A stretch of DNA of 64,000 bases from Alphaproteobacteria bacterium (GTDB taxonomy: Bacteria > Pseudomonadota > Alphaproteobacteria > UBA828), in the NCBI GenBank assembly GCA_963422645.2, contig CAXXVO010000021.1, positions 1 to 64,000 of the forward strand, given 5' to 3'. Of the stretch, positions 31,161 to 43,193 are shown in pieces. The number at the start of each line of letters is the position of its first letter. The stretch's first letter is position 1. The translations under genes were made by a program, and so were the position numbers. Under the pieces are notes generated by a model. It had not been told where the DNA came from. It did no database searches and saw only the letters and a program-made list of their open reading frames with translations.

Positions 31161-32192
31161 GTGGCCGTAAGCACGGGCGAGGGACCGACGCGGAGCGGCA
31201 GCGACTACACGGTGTCGGCCGCGACGATCCGTCATTGGCGGGACGACGAGCTTCCCGATTGGTTCAAGAATAAGCGCGGCAGCGCGCGCTCGCTGATCGT
31301 GAACCGCTGGGTCCCGCGGGTGATGGTCGGCGTGCCCATCGCGGTGCTTCTCTTCATCGTCGCCTATCCCACCGTGCAGATGGCGTATTACGCCTTTCAC
31401 GACATCAACATGGTGAGCCTGTTCAAGGGCGACTATGGGCTGGTCGGCTTTGCCAACTTCGAGCGGGTGCTGACCTCCGACCGCTTCCACGGCTCGGTGG
31501 TTCACCTGATCCAGTACCTGTTCTTCGGCGCCGTGCTTCAGGTGGTGATCGGCACCGCGCTCGCGCTCATCCTGCACCACTGCGTGCGCAACAACGCCGC
31601 AAGGCTGGTGATCCTGGTCATCCTCGTGATGCCCATGATGCTGCCGCCCTCGATCGTGGGCGTGCTGTGGCGCTTTCTCTTCAACCCGTCCAACGGCGCG
31701 ATCAATCAAGCACTGCTCGATATCGGCCTGATCCAGGCGCACATCGAGTGGTTCCAGATCGGAGTCTCGCTCTGGACCATCACCATCGCCGACATATGGG
31801 AATGGACCTCGCTGCCCTTCCTCATCGTCTTCAGCGGCCGAGTGGGCCTGCCGCCGTCGATCTACGAAGCGGCGCGGGTGGACGGGGCCTCGCCCTTCCT
31901 CACGCTCCGGCGCATCACGCTGCCGATGCTGAAGGAGGTCATCGCCATCGCCTTCATCATCCGCTTCATGGACGCGTATAAATTCGTCGACAAAGTCTAC
32001 GTCATGACCTCGGGCGGGCCGGCGCAGTCGTCGGAATTGCCGGCCTATATTGCCTATCAGCGGGGCGTGCGGGAGTTCGAGATCGGCGAGGCCGCAGCCT
32101 ACGCCTGGATCATCTTCCTCTTCGCCCTCATTCTGATCACGCTCTTCCTGCGCTACCTGAAGCGCGTGCTGCGCGCGCAGGCGATCGCCTGA
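31161..32192 (+). CDS. Carbohydrate ABC permease
   Basis: YEAARVDGAS EAA motif. Confidence 0.9.
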   Translation: MAVSTGEGPTRSGSDYTVSAATIRHWRDDELPDWFKNKRGSARSLIVNRWVPRVMVGVPIAVLLFIVAYPTVQMAYYAFHDINMVSLFKGDYGLVGFANFERVLTSDRFHGSVVHLIQYLFFGAVLQVVIGTALALILHHCVRNNAARLVILVILVMPMMLPPSIVGVLWRFLFNPSNGAINQALLDIGLIQAHIEWFQIGVSLWTITIADIWEWTSLPFLIVFSGRVGLPPSIYEAARVDGASPFLTLRRITLPMLKEVIAIAFIIRFMDAYKFVDKVYVMTSGGPAQSSELPAYIAYQRGVREFEIGEAAAYAWIIFLFALILITLFLRYLKRVLRAQAIA

Positions 32193-32234
32193 TGTCGGGT
32201 CGCGGAATCGAGCCCGAGATGGCCCACCTTCGGC

Positions 32235-32324
32235 CGTCATGCCCGGACTTGTTCCGGGCATCTCCTCGCCCTACGCGAAGCAGCGGTGCCCTCTTGGATG
32301 GCCGGCACAAGCCCGGCCATGACG
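32235..32324. repeat. CGTC-type alphaproteobacterial REP doublet
   Basis: CGTCATGCCCGGACTTGTTCCGGGCATC...GATGGCCGGCACAAGCCCGGCCATGACG. Confidence 0.75.
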
Positions 32325-32385
32325 AGGAGGGTGATGCCGAAATTGTTCATGCCAGTTTGCGGGTCGACGTCAGAGGCCGGCCGGC

Positions 32386-33225
32386 ATGAGTGCAAAGAAC
32401 TACAGGCTGGTCCGGCTGCTGCTGCTGATCTTCCTCGGCGTGTGGCTGGTGCTGATCATGTTTCCCTTCTACTTCCAGATCATCACCTCGCTGAAGGACG
32501 TGGCGGAGGTCAACCGGATCGCGCCGACGTTCTGGCCGGAAGTGTTCGTGTTCGAGAACTACGTGGCGATCTGGAACGAGCCGGGCAACTTCAAGTCGCT
32601 GATCGATAGCTTCATCATCGCGACCAGCAACACCATCTTGTCGCTCTTCTTCGGCACCTTGGCGGGCTACGCGCTGGCGCGCTTCCCGCGCCAGTCGGGC
32701 GGTGAGAACGTGGCGATGTGGATACTCTCCAACCGGATGTTCCCGCCGGTGGCGGTCCTGCTGCCGATGTTCTTCCTGTTCGAGGAGCTGTTCGGCACCA
32801 CCGACACGCACATGGCGCTGATCATCCTCTATCTGGTCTTCAACATGCCGCTCGCGGTGTGGCTGATGATGGTCTTCTTCCGCGACGTGCCGCGCGAGCT
32901 GGAAGAAGCGGCCTACGTGGACGGCCACAAGCCCTTCAAGGTGTTCTTCACGATCACGCTGCCGTTGGTCGGCCCCGGCATGATCGCAGTCGCCATGCTG
33001 TGCTGGATCTTCTCGTGGAACGAATATCTGTTCGCCAACATGTTCATCGGCACGGATGTGAAGACCTTCCCGGTGATCATCCCGAGCTTTACCAGCGGCA
33101 GCCAGACGCTGTGGAATCTGGTGATGGCTTTCAGCCTGGTCGCCATGATCCCGCCGGTGGTGCTGTTCATCATCCTGCGCCGCTACATGGTGCGCGGCCT
33201 CTCGCTCGGCGTGGTGAAGGGCTGA
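32386..33225 (+). CDS. Carbohydrate ABC permease
   Basis: ELEEAAYVDG and FSWNEY motifs. Confidence 0.9.
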   Translation: MSAKNYRLVRLLLLIFLGVWLVLIMFPFYFQIITSLKDVAEVNRIAPTFWPEVFVFENYVAIWNEPGNFKSLIDSFIIATSNTILSLFFGTLAGYALARFPRQSGGENVAMWILSNRMFPPVAVLLPMFFLFEELFGTTDTHMALIILYLVFNMPLAVWLMMVFFRDVPRELEEAAYVDGHKPFKVFFTITLPLVGPGMIAVAMLCWIFSWNEYLFANMFIGTDVKTFPVIIPSFTSGSQTLWNLVMAFSLVAMIPPVVLFIILRRYMVRGLSLGVVKG

Positions 33226-33226
33226 G

Positions 33227-34336
33227 ATGGCGCGGCTGGAGCTCCAGGGCATCTGCAAGGGGTGGGACTATCCGATCCTCGACGAGCTCGACCTGACCAT
33301 CGAGGAAGGCGAATTCTTTTGCATCCTGGGCCCGTCGGGCATCAGCAAGACGACGCTGCTGCGCATCGTGGCCGGGCTCGAATCGCCCGATGCCGGGCGG
33401 GTCGTCCTGAACGGCAAGGACATCACCGATGTGCCGCCCTATCACCGGCCAGTGGCACTGACCTTCGAGAGCTACGCGCTCTATCCGCACCGCAGCGTCT
33501 TCGACAACATCGCGAGCCCGCTCAGGGCGCAGAGGCTGCCGCGCAGCGAGATCGAGGCGCGCATCGACGAGGTGGCGCGGATCCTGCGGATCGAGGAGCT
33601 GCTGTCCCGCCGGCCGAACGAGGCCTCGGGCGGCCAGATGCAGCGCATCTCGCTGGCGCGCACCCTGGTCAAGCGGCCCGAGGTCTTCCTCCTCGACGAG
33701 CCGATCAGCCATCTGGACGCGCGGATTCGCTACGAGCTGCGCCAGCAGTTTCACCGCCTCGAGGCGCTTCGCGCGGTGGCGACGATCTACGTGACCCACG
33801 ATTACACCGAGGCGCTTTCGCTCGGCGACCGGGTGGGAATCATGGGGCGCGCGGGGTTGGTGCAGACCGGTCTGCCGCGGGACATCTTCGAACGGCCCAA
33901 CTCGCTCTTCGTCGCGCAGCACGTGGGCCAGCCGCCCATCAATCTGATCGACTGTGCGCTGCGACGCGTGGGCGGTGCGCTCAACGTGGAGAGCCCAGAG
34001 ACGCAGCTTTCTTTCCCGCTCGCCGCCGATCACGTCGCCGCCATGGAGGCGCGCAACGAGCCGAGACTGGTCGCCGGCATCAGGCCGCAGTATCTGGAAG
34101 CGCTGGCAGACGACGCCGATGCGGGTGGGCGGCATGTGATGGAGGGTCGCGCCGAGATTTACGAGGCGTTGGGCTCCATGGGCGTGCTCGTCGCCGATGT
34201 CGGCGGCGCGAAGCTCACGATGATCACGGCGCCCGACGCGAATTTCGAGCCGGGCCGGCCGCTCAGGATCGCGCTCAGGACCGAGCGCGTGCACTATTTC
34301 GACATGCAGAACGGCGTTTCGCTGCTCAACGGATAA
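33227..34336 (+). CDS. ABC ATPase (MalK-like), atypical Walker A
   Basis: GPSGISKTT, SGGQMQR and LLDEP motifs. Confidence 0.9.
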   Translation: MARLELQGICKGWDYPILDELDLTIEEGEFFCILGPSGISKTTLLRIVAGLESPDAGRVVLNGKDITDVPPYHRPVALTFESYALYPHRSVFDNIASPLRAQRLPRSEIEARIDEVARILRIEELLSRRPNEASGGQMQRISLARTLVKRPEVFLLDEPISHLDARIRYELRQQFHRLEALRAVATIYVTHDYTEALSLGDRVGIMGRAGLVQTGLPRDIFERPNSLFVAQHVGQPPINLIDCALRRVGGALNVESPETQLSFPLAADHVAAMEARNEPRLVAGIRPQYLEALADDADAGGRHVMEGRAEIYEALGSMGVLVADVGGAKLTMITAPDANFEPGRPLRIALRTERVHYFDMQNGVSLLNG

Positions 34337-34341
34337 CGGCG

Positions 34342-35442
34342 ATGGCGGAAGTCAGGCTGAGCGAGGTCAACAAGGTCTATCAGGGCCGCGGCCAGCAGGT
34401 TCACGCGGTCCGCGACCTCGACCTCGTGGTGGAGGACGGCGAGTTCGTCTCCATCGTGGGACCCTCGGGCTGCGGCAAGTCCACCACGTTGCGCATGATC
34501 GTGGGCCTGGAGAAGGCCACGTCAGGCCAGATCCTGTTCAACGGCGACATGGTCAACGACCTCGATCCGCAGGAGCGGAACGTCGCGATGGCGTTCGAGA
34601 ACTACGCGCTCTACCCCAACTTCAGCGCCGAGGAGAATATCGGCTTCCCGCTGGAGGCGCGGGGAATTCCGAAGCCGGAGCGCCGCCGCCGCGTCCGTGA
34701 GCTGGCCGGGCTGCTCCAAATCGAAAACATCCTGCATCAGCATCCCAACACGCTCTCCGGCGGCCAGAAGCAGCGGGTCTCGCTGGCACGCGCGCTGATC
34801 CGCGAGCCCGCGGCCTTCATCCTCGACGAGGTGCTGGGTCACGTGGACGGACACCTGCGCTTCCAGATGCTGTTCGACCTCAAGCGCCTGCACCAATCGC
34901 TCGACAGCACGATGATCTTCGTCACTCACGATCAGATGGAGGCAATCGCGCTCTCCGACCGGATTGCGGTGCTCCACCAGGGTCGACTCGTGCAAAGCGG
35001 TACGCGTGACGAGCTCTACGACACGCCTGCGACTCGGTTTGTCGCCGACTTCATCGGCGAGCCGCCGACCAACTTCTTCGACGCCCGATTCGTCGAGGAA
35101 GAGGGGGAGGGAATGCTGCAAGCGGACGATCTTGCGCTGCGGCCGACGGCCGAAACCGCAGCCCGTCTGCGCTCCCGCGACGACCAGCGCTATGTCGTTG
35201 GCATACGTCCGCAAAACCTGTTATGCACGCCGAGAGCGGGCACGATCAGTTTCGACGCCACGATCGACATTCATGAATATCTGGGGGAGCGTTCCATCCT
35301 CACCCTGCGCCGAGGCGGGCACAGAATCCAGGCCCTGGCGTCGGCCGAGGACTCGTGGGCGCCCGACGAGCCCATCACTCTCTACTACCGGCCCGAAGAC
35401 ATCATGGTGTTCGATGCGGAGTCGGAAGCTCTCATCGCCTGA
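34342..35442 (+). CDS. ABC ATPase (MalK-like)
   Basis: GPSGCGKST, LSGGQKQR and ILDE motifs. Confidence 0.9.
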   Translation: MAEVRLSEVNKVYQGRGQQVHAVRDLDLVVEDGEFVSIVGPSGCGKSTTLRMIVGLEKATSGQILFNGDMVNDLDPQERNVAMAFENYALYPNFSAEENIGFPLEARGIPKPERRRRVRELAGLLQIENILHQHPNTLSGGQKQRVSLARALIREPAAFILDEVLGHVDGHLRFQMLFDLKRLHQSLDSTMIFVTHDQMEAIALSDRIAVLHQGRLVQSGTRDELYDTPATRFVADFIGEPPTNFFDARFVEEEGEGMLQADDLALRPTAETAARLRSRDDQRYVVGIRPQNLLCTPRAGTISFDATIDIHEYLGERSILTLRRGGHRIQALASAEDSWAPDEPITLYYRPEDIMVFDAESEALIA

Positions 35443-35505
35443 ACGCGACCGGGCGTAGTACCGAGCGGCAATGTTTCTGAGTTCAAAGGACGAAGGAGAC
35501 ACGAA

Positions 35506-37053
35506 ATGGGTATGTTTAGCCACTTAACGCGGCGCAAGTTCCTCAAAGGCGCAGCGGCCGGTGCAGCAGCTCTCGGCGCCTCGGGCGTCGCGGCGCCACG
35601 GCTTGGTCGTGCAGCCCAGGCGGTACCGCCGGGCAAGAAGCTCTTCAACGATATCGAGCTGACCTACTTCCAGGATTCCAACTGGCTGCACGCGCCGCTC
35701 TGGCTCTCCGAGCATCTGATGGCGGAGGCCGGCGTCGGCATCAAGAGCCGGGAGCAGTACGACGGCGGCGATGCGGTCGCGAAGATTCTGCCTCAGCTCC
35801 TTTCCCGCAATCCGCGCTTCGACTGGGCTCAGTTCCCGAGCCTGTTCTTCGGTGCATTCGCGGAGACCGGCCAGCTCGAGCCGCTCGACCAGTACCTGGA
35901 GAAGTACGAAGGCACGTCCGAGTATCTGGACTGGGTCATGCCCGCCTACAGCGAGTTCTACACGAAGTGGGCCGGCCAGACCTACGGCATCATGCTCGAT
36001 GGCGACATCCATATCCTCCACTACCGCAAGTCCTTCTTCGAGCGGCCGGAGCTGCGGGACAGGTTCTCCAAACGCTTCCAGCGGGAGCTCTCCGTGCCGA
36101 AGACCTGGTTCGAGTTCCTCGATGCGACGCAGTTCTTCACCGAGGAGCTGTCGGAGTCCGAGGGCGTCTACGGCTCCTCCATGGTCATCAACCCGCCGAA
36201 CTTCGGCTGGGGCTTCTGGATGGACGTGGCCGCGGGCAACGGGGTCAACTATTTCGACGAGAACATGAACCCGACGATCAACACGGCCCAGGCCGTCGAG
36301 GCGCTGGATCTGTTCAAGGAGATTGTGCAGTTCGGCCCGCCCGGGAAGGAGTCCCTGGGTCTCTCCACCAGCATCCAGCGCTGGCAGTCGGGTGGCGACG
36401 TGATGTCGGTCTGGTGGATCGACCTCGCCGAGTTCACGGTGCAGCAGCAGGGCATGGAGCGTGCAGAGGATCAGCGCGGCGACATCGTTCCGGGCTGGCC
36501 GCAAGAGGACGGCTCCATCAACCACCGGGCGATCTCGCTGTGGTGCCGCACCGGTGCCATCCCGAAGAACGCGCCGGAGGACGTGAAGGAAGCTGCGTTC
36601 TACTTCCTCTATCGGATGTCGCACCCGGACTACTCGGACGACATCGTGGCGGACGAGTATTGCGGCTCCGATCCCTTCGGCCTGAGCCACTACACCGATG
36701 CCGCTGCGCAGAAGTACCTGGAGCCCAACCCGCAGCGCGGGACCAGCGACATCTGGCCCACGAACTCCGGCATTTTCCAGAACTTCGACACCTCGCGGAA
36801 CCATCTCGACGCAGGCCTGAAGAACGTCGAGGTCGGCTATCCTCAGTTCTTCTGGGAAGGCGCGTCCGAGTACGGCGACGCGCTCGGCCGGAACATCCAG
36901 AAGGCGATCGCCGGCAAGCTCACCAGCCAGCAGGCGCTCGACGAGGCGGCCGAGGAATGGGTCCAGATCGTGCAGAAGCTGGGCATCGATAGTCAGATGT
37001 CCCAGTACGCCAACTTCGTAAAGGGCGCGCGTTCGCTCGGCTACAAGATCTAA
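35506..37053 (+). CDS. ABC sugar-binding protein, Tat-exported
   Basis: TRRKFLKG Tat motif; SBP-like sequence. Confidence 0.88.
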   Translation: MGMFSHLTRRKFLKGAAAGAAALGASGVAAPRLGRAAQAVPPGKKLFNDIELTYFQDSNWLHAPLWLSEHLMAEAGVGIKSREQYDGGDAVAKILPQLLSRNPRFDWAQFPSLFFGAFAETGQLEPLDQYLEKYEGTSEYLDWVMPAYSEFYTKWAGQTYGIMLDGDIHILHYRKSFFERPELRDRFSKRFQRELSVPKTWFEFLDATQFFTEELSESEGVYGSSMVINPPNFGWGFWMDVAAGNGVNYFDENMNPTINTAQAVEALDLFKEIVQFGPPGKESLGLSTSIQRWQSGGDVMSVWWIDLAEFTVQQQGMERAEDQRGDIVPGWPQEDGSINHRAISLWCRTGAIPKNAPEDVKEAAFYFLYRMSHPDYSDDIVADEYCGSDPFGLSHYTDAAAQKYLEPNPQRGTSDIWPTNSGIFQNFDTSRNHLDAGLKNVEVGYPQFFWEGASEYGDALGRNIQKAIAGKLTSQQALDEAAEEWVQIVQKLGIDSQMSQYANFVKGARSLGYKI

Positions 37054-37178
37054 GCGTATCGTTGAGGGGTCGCGGCGCCGTGCCCGAGAGGCGCGAGCCC
37101 GCGGCCCTACTTTCCTCGCACGTGGCGAGCCAGCGGAAGAACAATAGCGGGGCGAAGGGCCCGTTTCCCCTGCCAAAG

Positions 37179-37554
37179 AGAAAGCGATGAGTCAGCGAGG
37201 ACCCCACATCAGCCGCCACGGGATGGAACGTCTCGGCTTCGGCAACATCGCCGCTGCCCACTGGAACTATCGACGGCCCGCCCTTTACGAAGAGGCCGTG
37301 CGCCGAGGCGAGGCGCAGATCGCCGAGGGCGGCGCCCTGATCGCGATGACCGGCGCCCACACCGGGCGCTCGCCCAACGACAAGTACATCGTGCGCGAGC
37401 CATCCTCCGAGCACGACATCTGGTGGGGCGACGTCAACCGGCCGATCTCCAGGGACGCCTTCAACGACATTCACGGCCGGGTCGCGGCGTACCTTCAAGG
37501 CAAGGAGGTGTTCGTTCAGGACTGCCACGTCGGCGCCGATTCGGACTACCGGCT
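37179..37554 (+). repeat. 376-bp direct repeat (5' end of pckA), long target-site duplication
   Basis: Matches 39478-39853; both copies abut IS1634 termini. Confidence 0.92.
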
Positions 37555-39477
37555 CCTGACTTCGACGGTTGGGCCGGATTTTGGCTGATCTCCCGTCTGG
37601 AGTTTTCTGCAAAGACAATGACTTAGAAGTTGCGGTGCGGTCAAGCCGCTTTGTAGTGCCTAGTAGGTATATGTGGTTGTCGATACCCCCGCCGCGCGCT
37701 ACACTTTCCCCGTGTTCGTTCGCATCAAGACCACGCCCAACAGCCCGCGACGCTCGGTCCAGCTCGTCGAGGCCGTGCGCGACGGCGGCAAGGTCCGACA
37801 GCGCATCGTTCGCCACATCGGCGTGGCCATGGACGAGGACGAGCTCGAGCGCCTGAGGCAGCTCGGCGAGTACGTCAAGGCGAAGCTGGAGGACCAGCGC
37901 CAGCCTTTGCTGTTTGCGCCCGAGAAGATCGCAGACCAGGTGATCCGCGTCGGACGCCAGGGCGACGGCAAGCAGGAACTCCCGGTCGATCTCAAGCAAC
38001 TCGAAGAGGAGCAGCGCCTGATCACTGGCGTCCACGAGGTCTACGGCGAGATGTACCGCCTGCTGGGCCTCGATGCGCTGCTGCCGCGATCGCGCTACCG
38101 GGCCTCGCACGACGCGCTGTTCCACGTGGTGATGGCACGCATCGCCAACCCCGACAGCAAGCGGGGCAGCGTGCGCCGGCTCGAGGAGGACTTCGGCGTG
38201 AGCCTTCCCCTTGAGAAGGTCTACCGCATGATGGACCAACTCGGCGCGACCGTGATCGAGCGTCTGCGCACGCAGGTGGGCGAGGCGAGCCGATCGCTGC
38301 TGCCGGAGCCGGTCGCGCTCCTCTTCTTCGATTGCACCACGCTCTACTTCGAGACCGCGGTTGAGGACGAGCTTCGCCAGCACGGCTTCAGCAAGGACGG
38401 CAAGCACAAGGACTCGCAGGTCCTGCTGGCATTGATGGTGACGCGCGAAGGGCTGCCGATCGGCTACGAGGTCTTTCCCGGCGCCACCTACGAGGGGCAC
38501 AGCCTGGTCCCGGTCTTGCAGGACATGCAGCGCCGCCACCAGGTGGAGCGCACGGTGTGCGTGGCCGACCGGGGCATGCTGAGCGCCGACAACCTCGACG
38601 CCATGGACACGATCGGCGGCGAGTACGTCGTCGGCGCGCGGCTGCGCAAGCTGCCGCTCGCGCTGCGGAAGCAGATTCTCGACCCGGGCACCTATGCCCC
38701 GCTGGAGGGCCCGGAGAAGCGCCGGGTCGGCGAATGGGAGCACAAGGGCCGGCGCCTGATCGTCGTCTTCTGCCCCGTGCGCGCGCGCACGGACGCACAC
38801 GAGCGCCGCAAGCAGGTGGAGCGCCTGCTCGACAGGCTGGCCCGCAGCGACAATCCGAAGGAGCTGCTCTCCAATCACGGGGCGAAGCGCTTCATCGCCG
38901 TCGAGGGCGAAGCCCGGCTCACGGTGAACCCGGAGAAGATCGCCGAGGCCGAGCGATGGGACGGGCTCGCCGGCGTCATCACCAATCTGCGCGACGCCAG
39001 CGTCACCGAAGTGATGTCTCACTACCACGGGCTCTGGCAGGTCGAGGAGAGCTTCCGGATCACCAAGCACGACCTGCGGGTGCGCCCCATCTGGCACTGG
39101 AACCCGGACCGGATCCGCGCCCACATCGCCATCGCCTTCATGGCCTTCGCCTGCGTCCGCCACCTCGCCTACCGCGTCGCCATCCAGAAGCGGCGGATGT
39201 CCCCGGAAGTCATCCGCTCCGCCCTCGTCCACCGCCAATGCTCGGTCCTGCGCTGCCGCCAATCAGGCAACCGCTACGTCATCCCCTCCAAGCCGACACC
39301 GGCGGCGGAACAGATCTATGCGACCATGGGGCTGCCCCTGACGATCACCCCGTACCAGCTCGACTGACCGCCGACGAAACCCGGCCCGGTCTCGCAGCGC
39401 CGCCGGATGTAGTGCCTGGCCGGAAATGAGAACCGGCCAATTTCAAATACTTACGCGAATCAACCGTCGAAGTCAGG
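37555..39477 (+). mobile_element. IS1634-family element
   Basis: TIR CCTGACTTCGACGGTTG / CAACCGTCGAAGTCAGG. Confidence 0.92.
37673..39367 (+). CDS. IS1634 transposase
   Basis: [33 protein letters not shown] and RIRAH motifs; true start may be GTG near 37712. Confidence 0.93.
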   Translation: MVVDTPAARYTFPVFVRIKTTPNSPRRSVQLVEAVRDGGKVRQRIVRHIGVAMDEDELERLRQLGEYVKAKLEDQRQPLLFAPEKIADQVIRVGRQGDGKQELPVDLKQLEEEQRLITGVHEVYGEMYRLLGLDALLPRSRYRASHDALFHVVMARIANPDSKRGSVRRLEEDFGVSLPLEKVYRMMDQLGATVIERLRTQVGEASRSLLPEPVALLFFDCTTLYFETAVEDELRQHGFSKDGKHKDSQVLLALMVTREGLPIGYEVFPGATYEGHSLVPVLQDMQRRHQVERTVCVADRGMLSADNLDAMDTIGGEYVVGARLRKLPLALRKQILDPGTYAPLEGPEKRRVGEWEHKGRRLIVVFCPVRARTDAHERRKQVERLLDRLARSDNPKELLSNHGAKRFIAVEGEARLTVNPEKIAEAERWDGLAGVITNLRDASVTEVMSHYHGLWQVEESFRITKHDLRVRPIWHWNPDRIRAHIAIAFMAFACVRHLAYRVAIQKRRMSPEVIRSALVHRQCSVLRCRQSGNRYVIPSKPTPAAEQIYATMGLPLTITPYQLD

Positions 39478-39485
39478 AGAAAGCG

Positions 39486-41093
<1,608 letters not shown>

Positions 41094-41230
41094 TGCCGCC
41101 AATGTTGGCAGTCGTGCAGGCAGCCGTGCGCCGGTGGGCTTGCCTCCCTTCACCTGACACACCACGTTAGCTACAAGGTACTCGCGCAGGCTGCGCAGCG
41201 GGCGCAGGTATCGGCAGGATGGATAACCCC

Positions 41231-42733
41231 ATGAAGATTGCATTTTCCAAGATTTCGACACCGGACAAGGGCGTCATCGCCGTCGGCGTGACTGAGGACG
41301 GCGTGATGGGTGCCACCGCGCGGGCACTGGACGAGGAGTCAGGCGGCGCGCTCACCCGCGCGCTCGGCGCGGGCCGCTTCAAGGGCAAGCGGGGGACGTC
41401 TACCACCCTCGTCGCGCCGCACGGGCTCGCCCTCGATGCCGTGATCCTGATGGGGCTCGGCCAGCCGGGAAAGATCGACGGCCGCGGGCTGCGGGCGCTC
41501 GGCGGCAGCGTCGTTCGCAAGATGAACGCCGCCGGCGCGAAGACCGGCGCCATCGCCGTGGATGCGGTGGATGGCGCGAGCGTTGAGCCGCCCGCGATGG
41601 CGGCGGACATCGCCTTGGGCGCGCGCCTCGGCAGCTACAGCTTCGACAAGTATCACACCAAGAAGAAGGCCGAGGACAAGAAGAGCCTGGGCGAGTTCAC
41701 GGTGATGCTCGATGAGCCTTCCGCGGCGGAGGACGCATTCGAGGCGAACGCGAGCCTTGCCGATGGTATCTTCGCCGCGCGCGACCTCGTCTCCGAGCCG
41801 AGCAACGTCAAGTATCCGAAGACCATAGCGGAAGACATCGAGGCGCTGACCGAGGACGGGATCGAGGTCGTGCTGCTGGACCGCGACAAGATGGCCTCGC
41901 TCGGCATGGGCTCGCTGCTCGGCGTTGCCCAGGGCAGCGACCACGAGCCCTATCTTGCGGTCATGCGCTGGAACGGGGCGCCCGAAGACGCCGACCAGCA
42001 GCCCGTAGCCTTCATCGGCAAGGGCGTGACCTTCGACACCGGCGGCATCTCCATCAAGCCGAGCCAGGGCATGGAGGAGATGAAGTACGACATGGCCGGC
42101 TCGGCGGCGGTGGTCGGGCTAATGAAATGCCTGGCCGGCCGCAAGGCGCGGGTCAACGCGATCGGCATGGTCGGCCTGGTGGAGAACATGCCCGACGGCA
42201 AGGCGCAGCGGCCCGGCGACGTCGTCACCTCCATGTCGGGCCAGACCATCGAGGTCATCAACACCGACGCCGAGGGCCGCCTCGTGCTTGCCGACGTTCT
42301 CTGGTACGCCCAGGCGACCTACAAGCCGCGCTTCATGGTCGACCTCGCCACGCTGACCGGCGCGATCATCGTCAGCCTCGGCACCTACAAGGCCGGGCTC
42401 TTCAGCAACGACGACGAGCTGTCGGAGCGGCTGATCGCGGCGGGCAAGGAGAGCGGCGAGGAGCTCTGGCGCATGCCGCTCGGCGAGCGCTACAACAAGG
42501 ATATCAATTCCGCCATCGCCGACATGAAGAACGTGGGCAAGGGGCGGGAGGCCGGCAGCGTCGCCGGCGCGGTCTTCCTCGAGCGTTTCGTCAACGGCGT
42601 GCCGTGGGCCCATCTCGACATCGCGGGCATGGCCTGGATGAAGGGCAGCCACGACCCGACCGTGCCCAAGGGCGCGTCGGGCTTCGGCGTCCGGCTCCTC
42701 GACCAGCTGGTGCGCGCGCACTACGAGGCCTGA
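41231..42733 (+). CDS. pepA: Leucyl aminopeptidase
   Basis: GKGVTFDTGG, MKYDM, NTDAEGRL and WAHLDIAG motifs. Confidence 0.96.
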   Translation: MKIAFSKISTPDKGVIAVGVTEDGVMGATARALDEESGGALTRALGAGRFKGKRGTSTTLVAPHGLALDAVILMGLGQPGKIDGRGLRALGGSVVRKMNAAGAKTGAIAVDAVDGASVEPPAMAADIALGARLGSYSFDKYHTKKKAEDKKSLGEFTVMLDEPSAAEDAFEANASLADGIFAARDLVSEPSNVKYPKTIAEDIEALTEDGIEVVLLDRDKMASLGMGSLLGVAQGSDHEPYLAVMRWNGAPEDADQQPVAFIGKGVTFDTGGISIKPSQGMEEMKYDMAGSAAVVGLMKCLAGRKARVNAIGMVGLVENMPDGKAQRPGDVVTSMSGQTIEVINTDAEGRLVLADVLWYAQATYKPRFMVDLATLTGAIIVSLGTYKAGLFSNDDELSERLIAAGKESGEELWRMPLGERYNKDINSAIADMKNVGKGREAGSVAGAVFLERFVNGVPWAHLDIAGMAWMKGSHDPTVPKGASGFGVRLLDQLVRAHYEA

Positions 42734-42743
42734 CGCCCGAGCG

Positions 42744-43193
42744 ATGGTCGAGATCGCCTTCTACCAGCTTCGCCGCACGCCGCTGGAGAAGGCGCTTCCC
42801 AAGCTATTGGAGAAGGTGCTGGAGAGCGGGCGCCGCGCCGTGGTGCTGGCCGGCTCGGAAGAGCGCGCGGAGGCGCTGAACGCGGCGCTCTGGACCTACG
42901 ATCAGGGCTCGTTTCTGCCTCACGGCATGGCGCGGGACGGCCGGCCGGAGCGCCAGCCGATCTTTCTTGCAACTGACGACACCAATCCCAACGGCGCTCA
43001 GATCGCCGTCATGGTCGATGGTGTTGCCCCTGCCGATCCCGGCCGCTTCGAACGCTGCCTCGACATGTTCGACGGCACCGATCCGGCGGCGCTGCAGGCG
43101 GCGCGTGGCCGCTGGCGGGCTCACAAGGAGCAGGGCAACACAGTCACCTATTGGGAGCAGACGCAAGGTGGGTCGTGGGAACAAAGAGCGTAG
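42744..43193 (+). CDS. holC: DNA polymerase III chi subunit
   Basis: FYQL, LPKLLEK and LWTY..GSFLPHG motifs; follows pepA. Confidence 0.93.
   Translation: MVEIAFYQLRRTPLEKALPKLLEKVLESGRRAVVLAGSEERAEALNAALWTYDQGSFLPHGMARDGRPERQPIFLATDDTNPNGAQIAVMVDGVAPADPGRFERCLDMFDGTDPAALQAARGRWRAHKEQGNTVTYWEQTQGGSWEQRA

Noticed and set aside
29280-32261. 993-aa minus-strand ORF and other long shadow ORFs (144-2294, 36920-39262, 39345-41261, 45834-47600)
   Set aside because: Arg/Ala/Pro-rich alternate or antisense frames of well-supported genes in high-GC DNA
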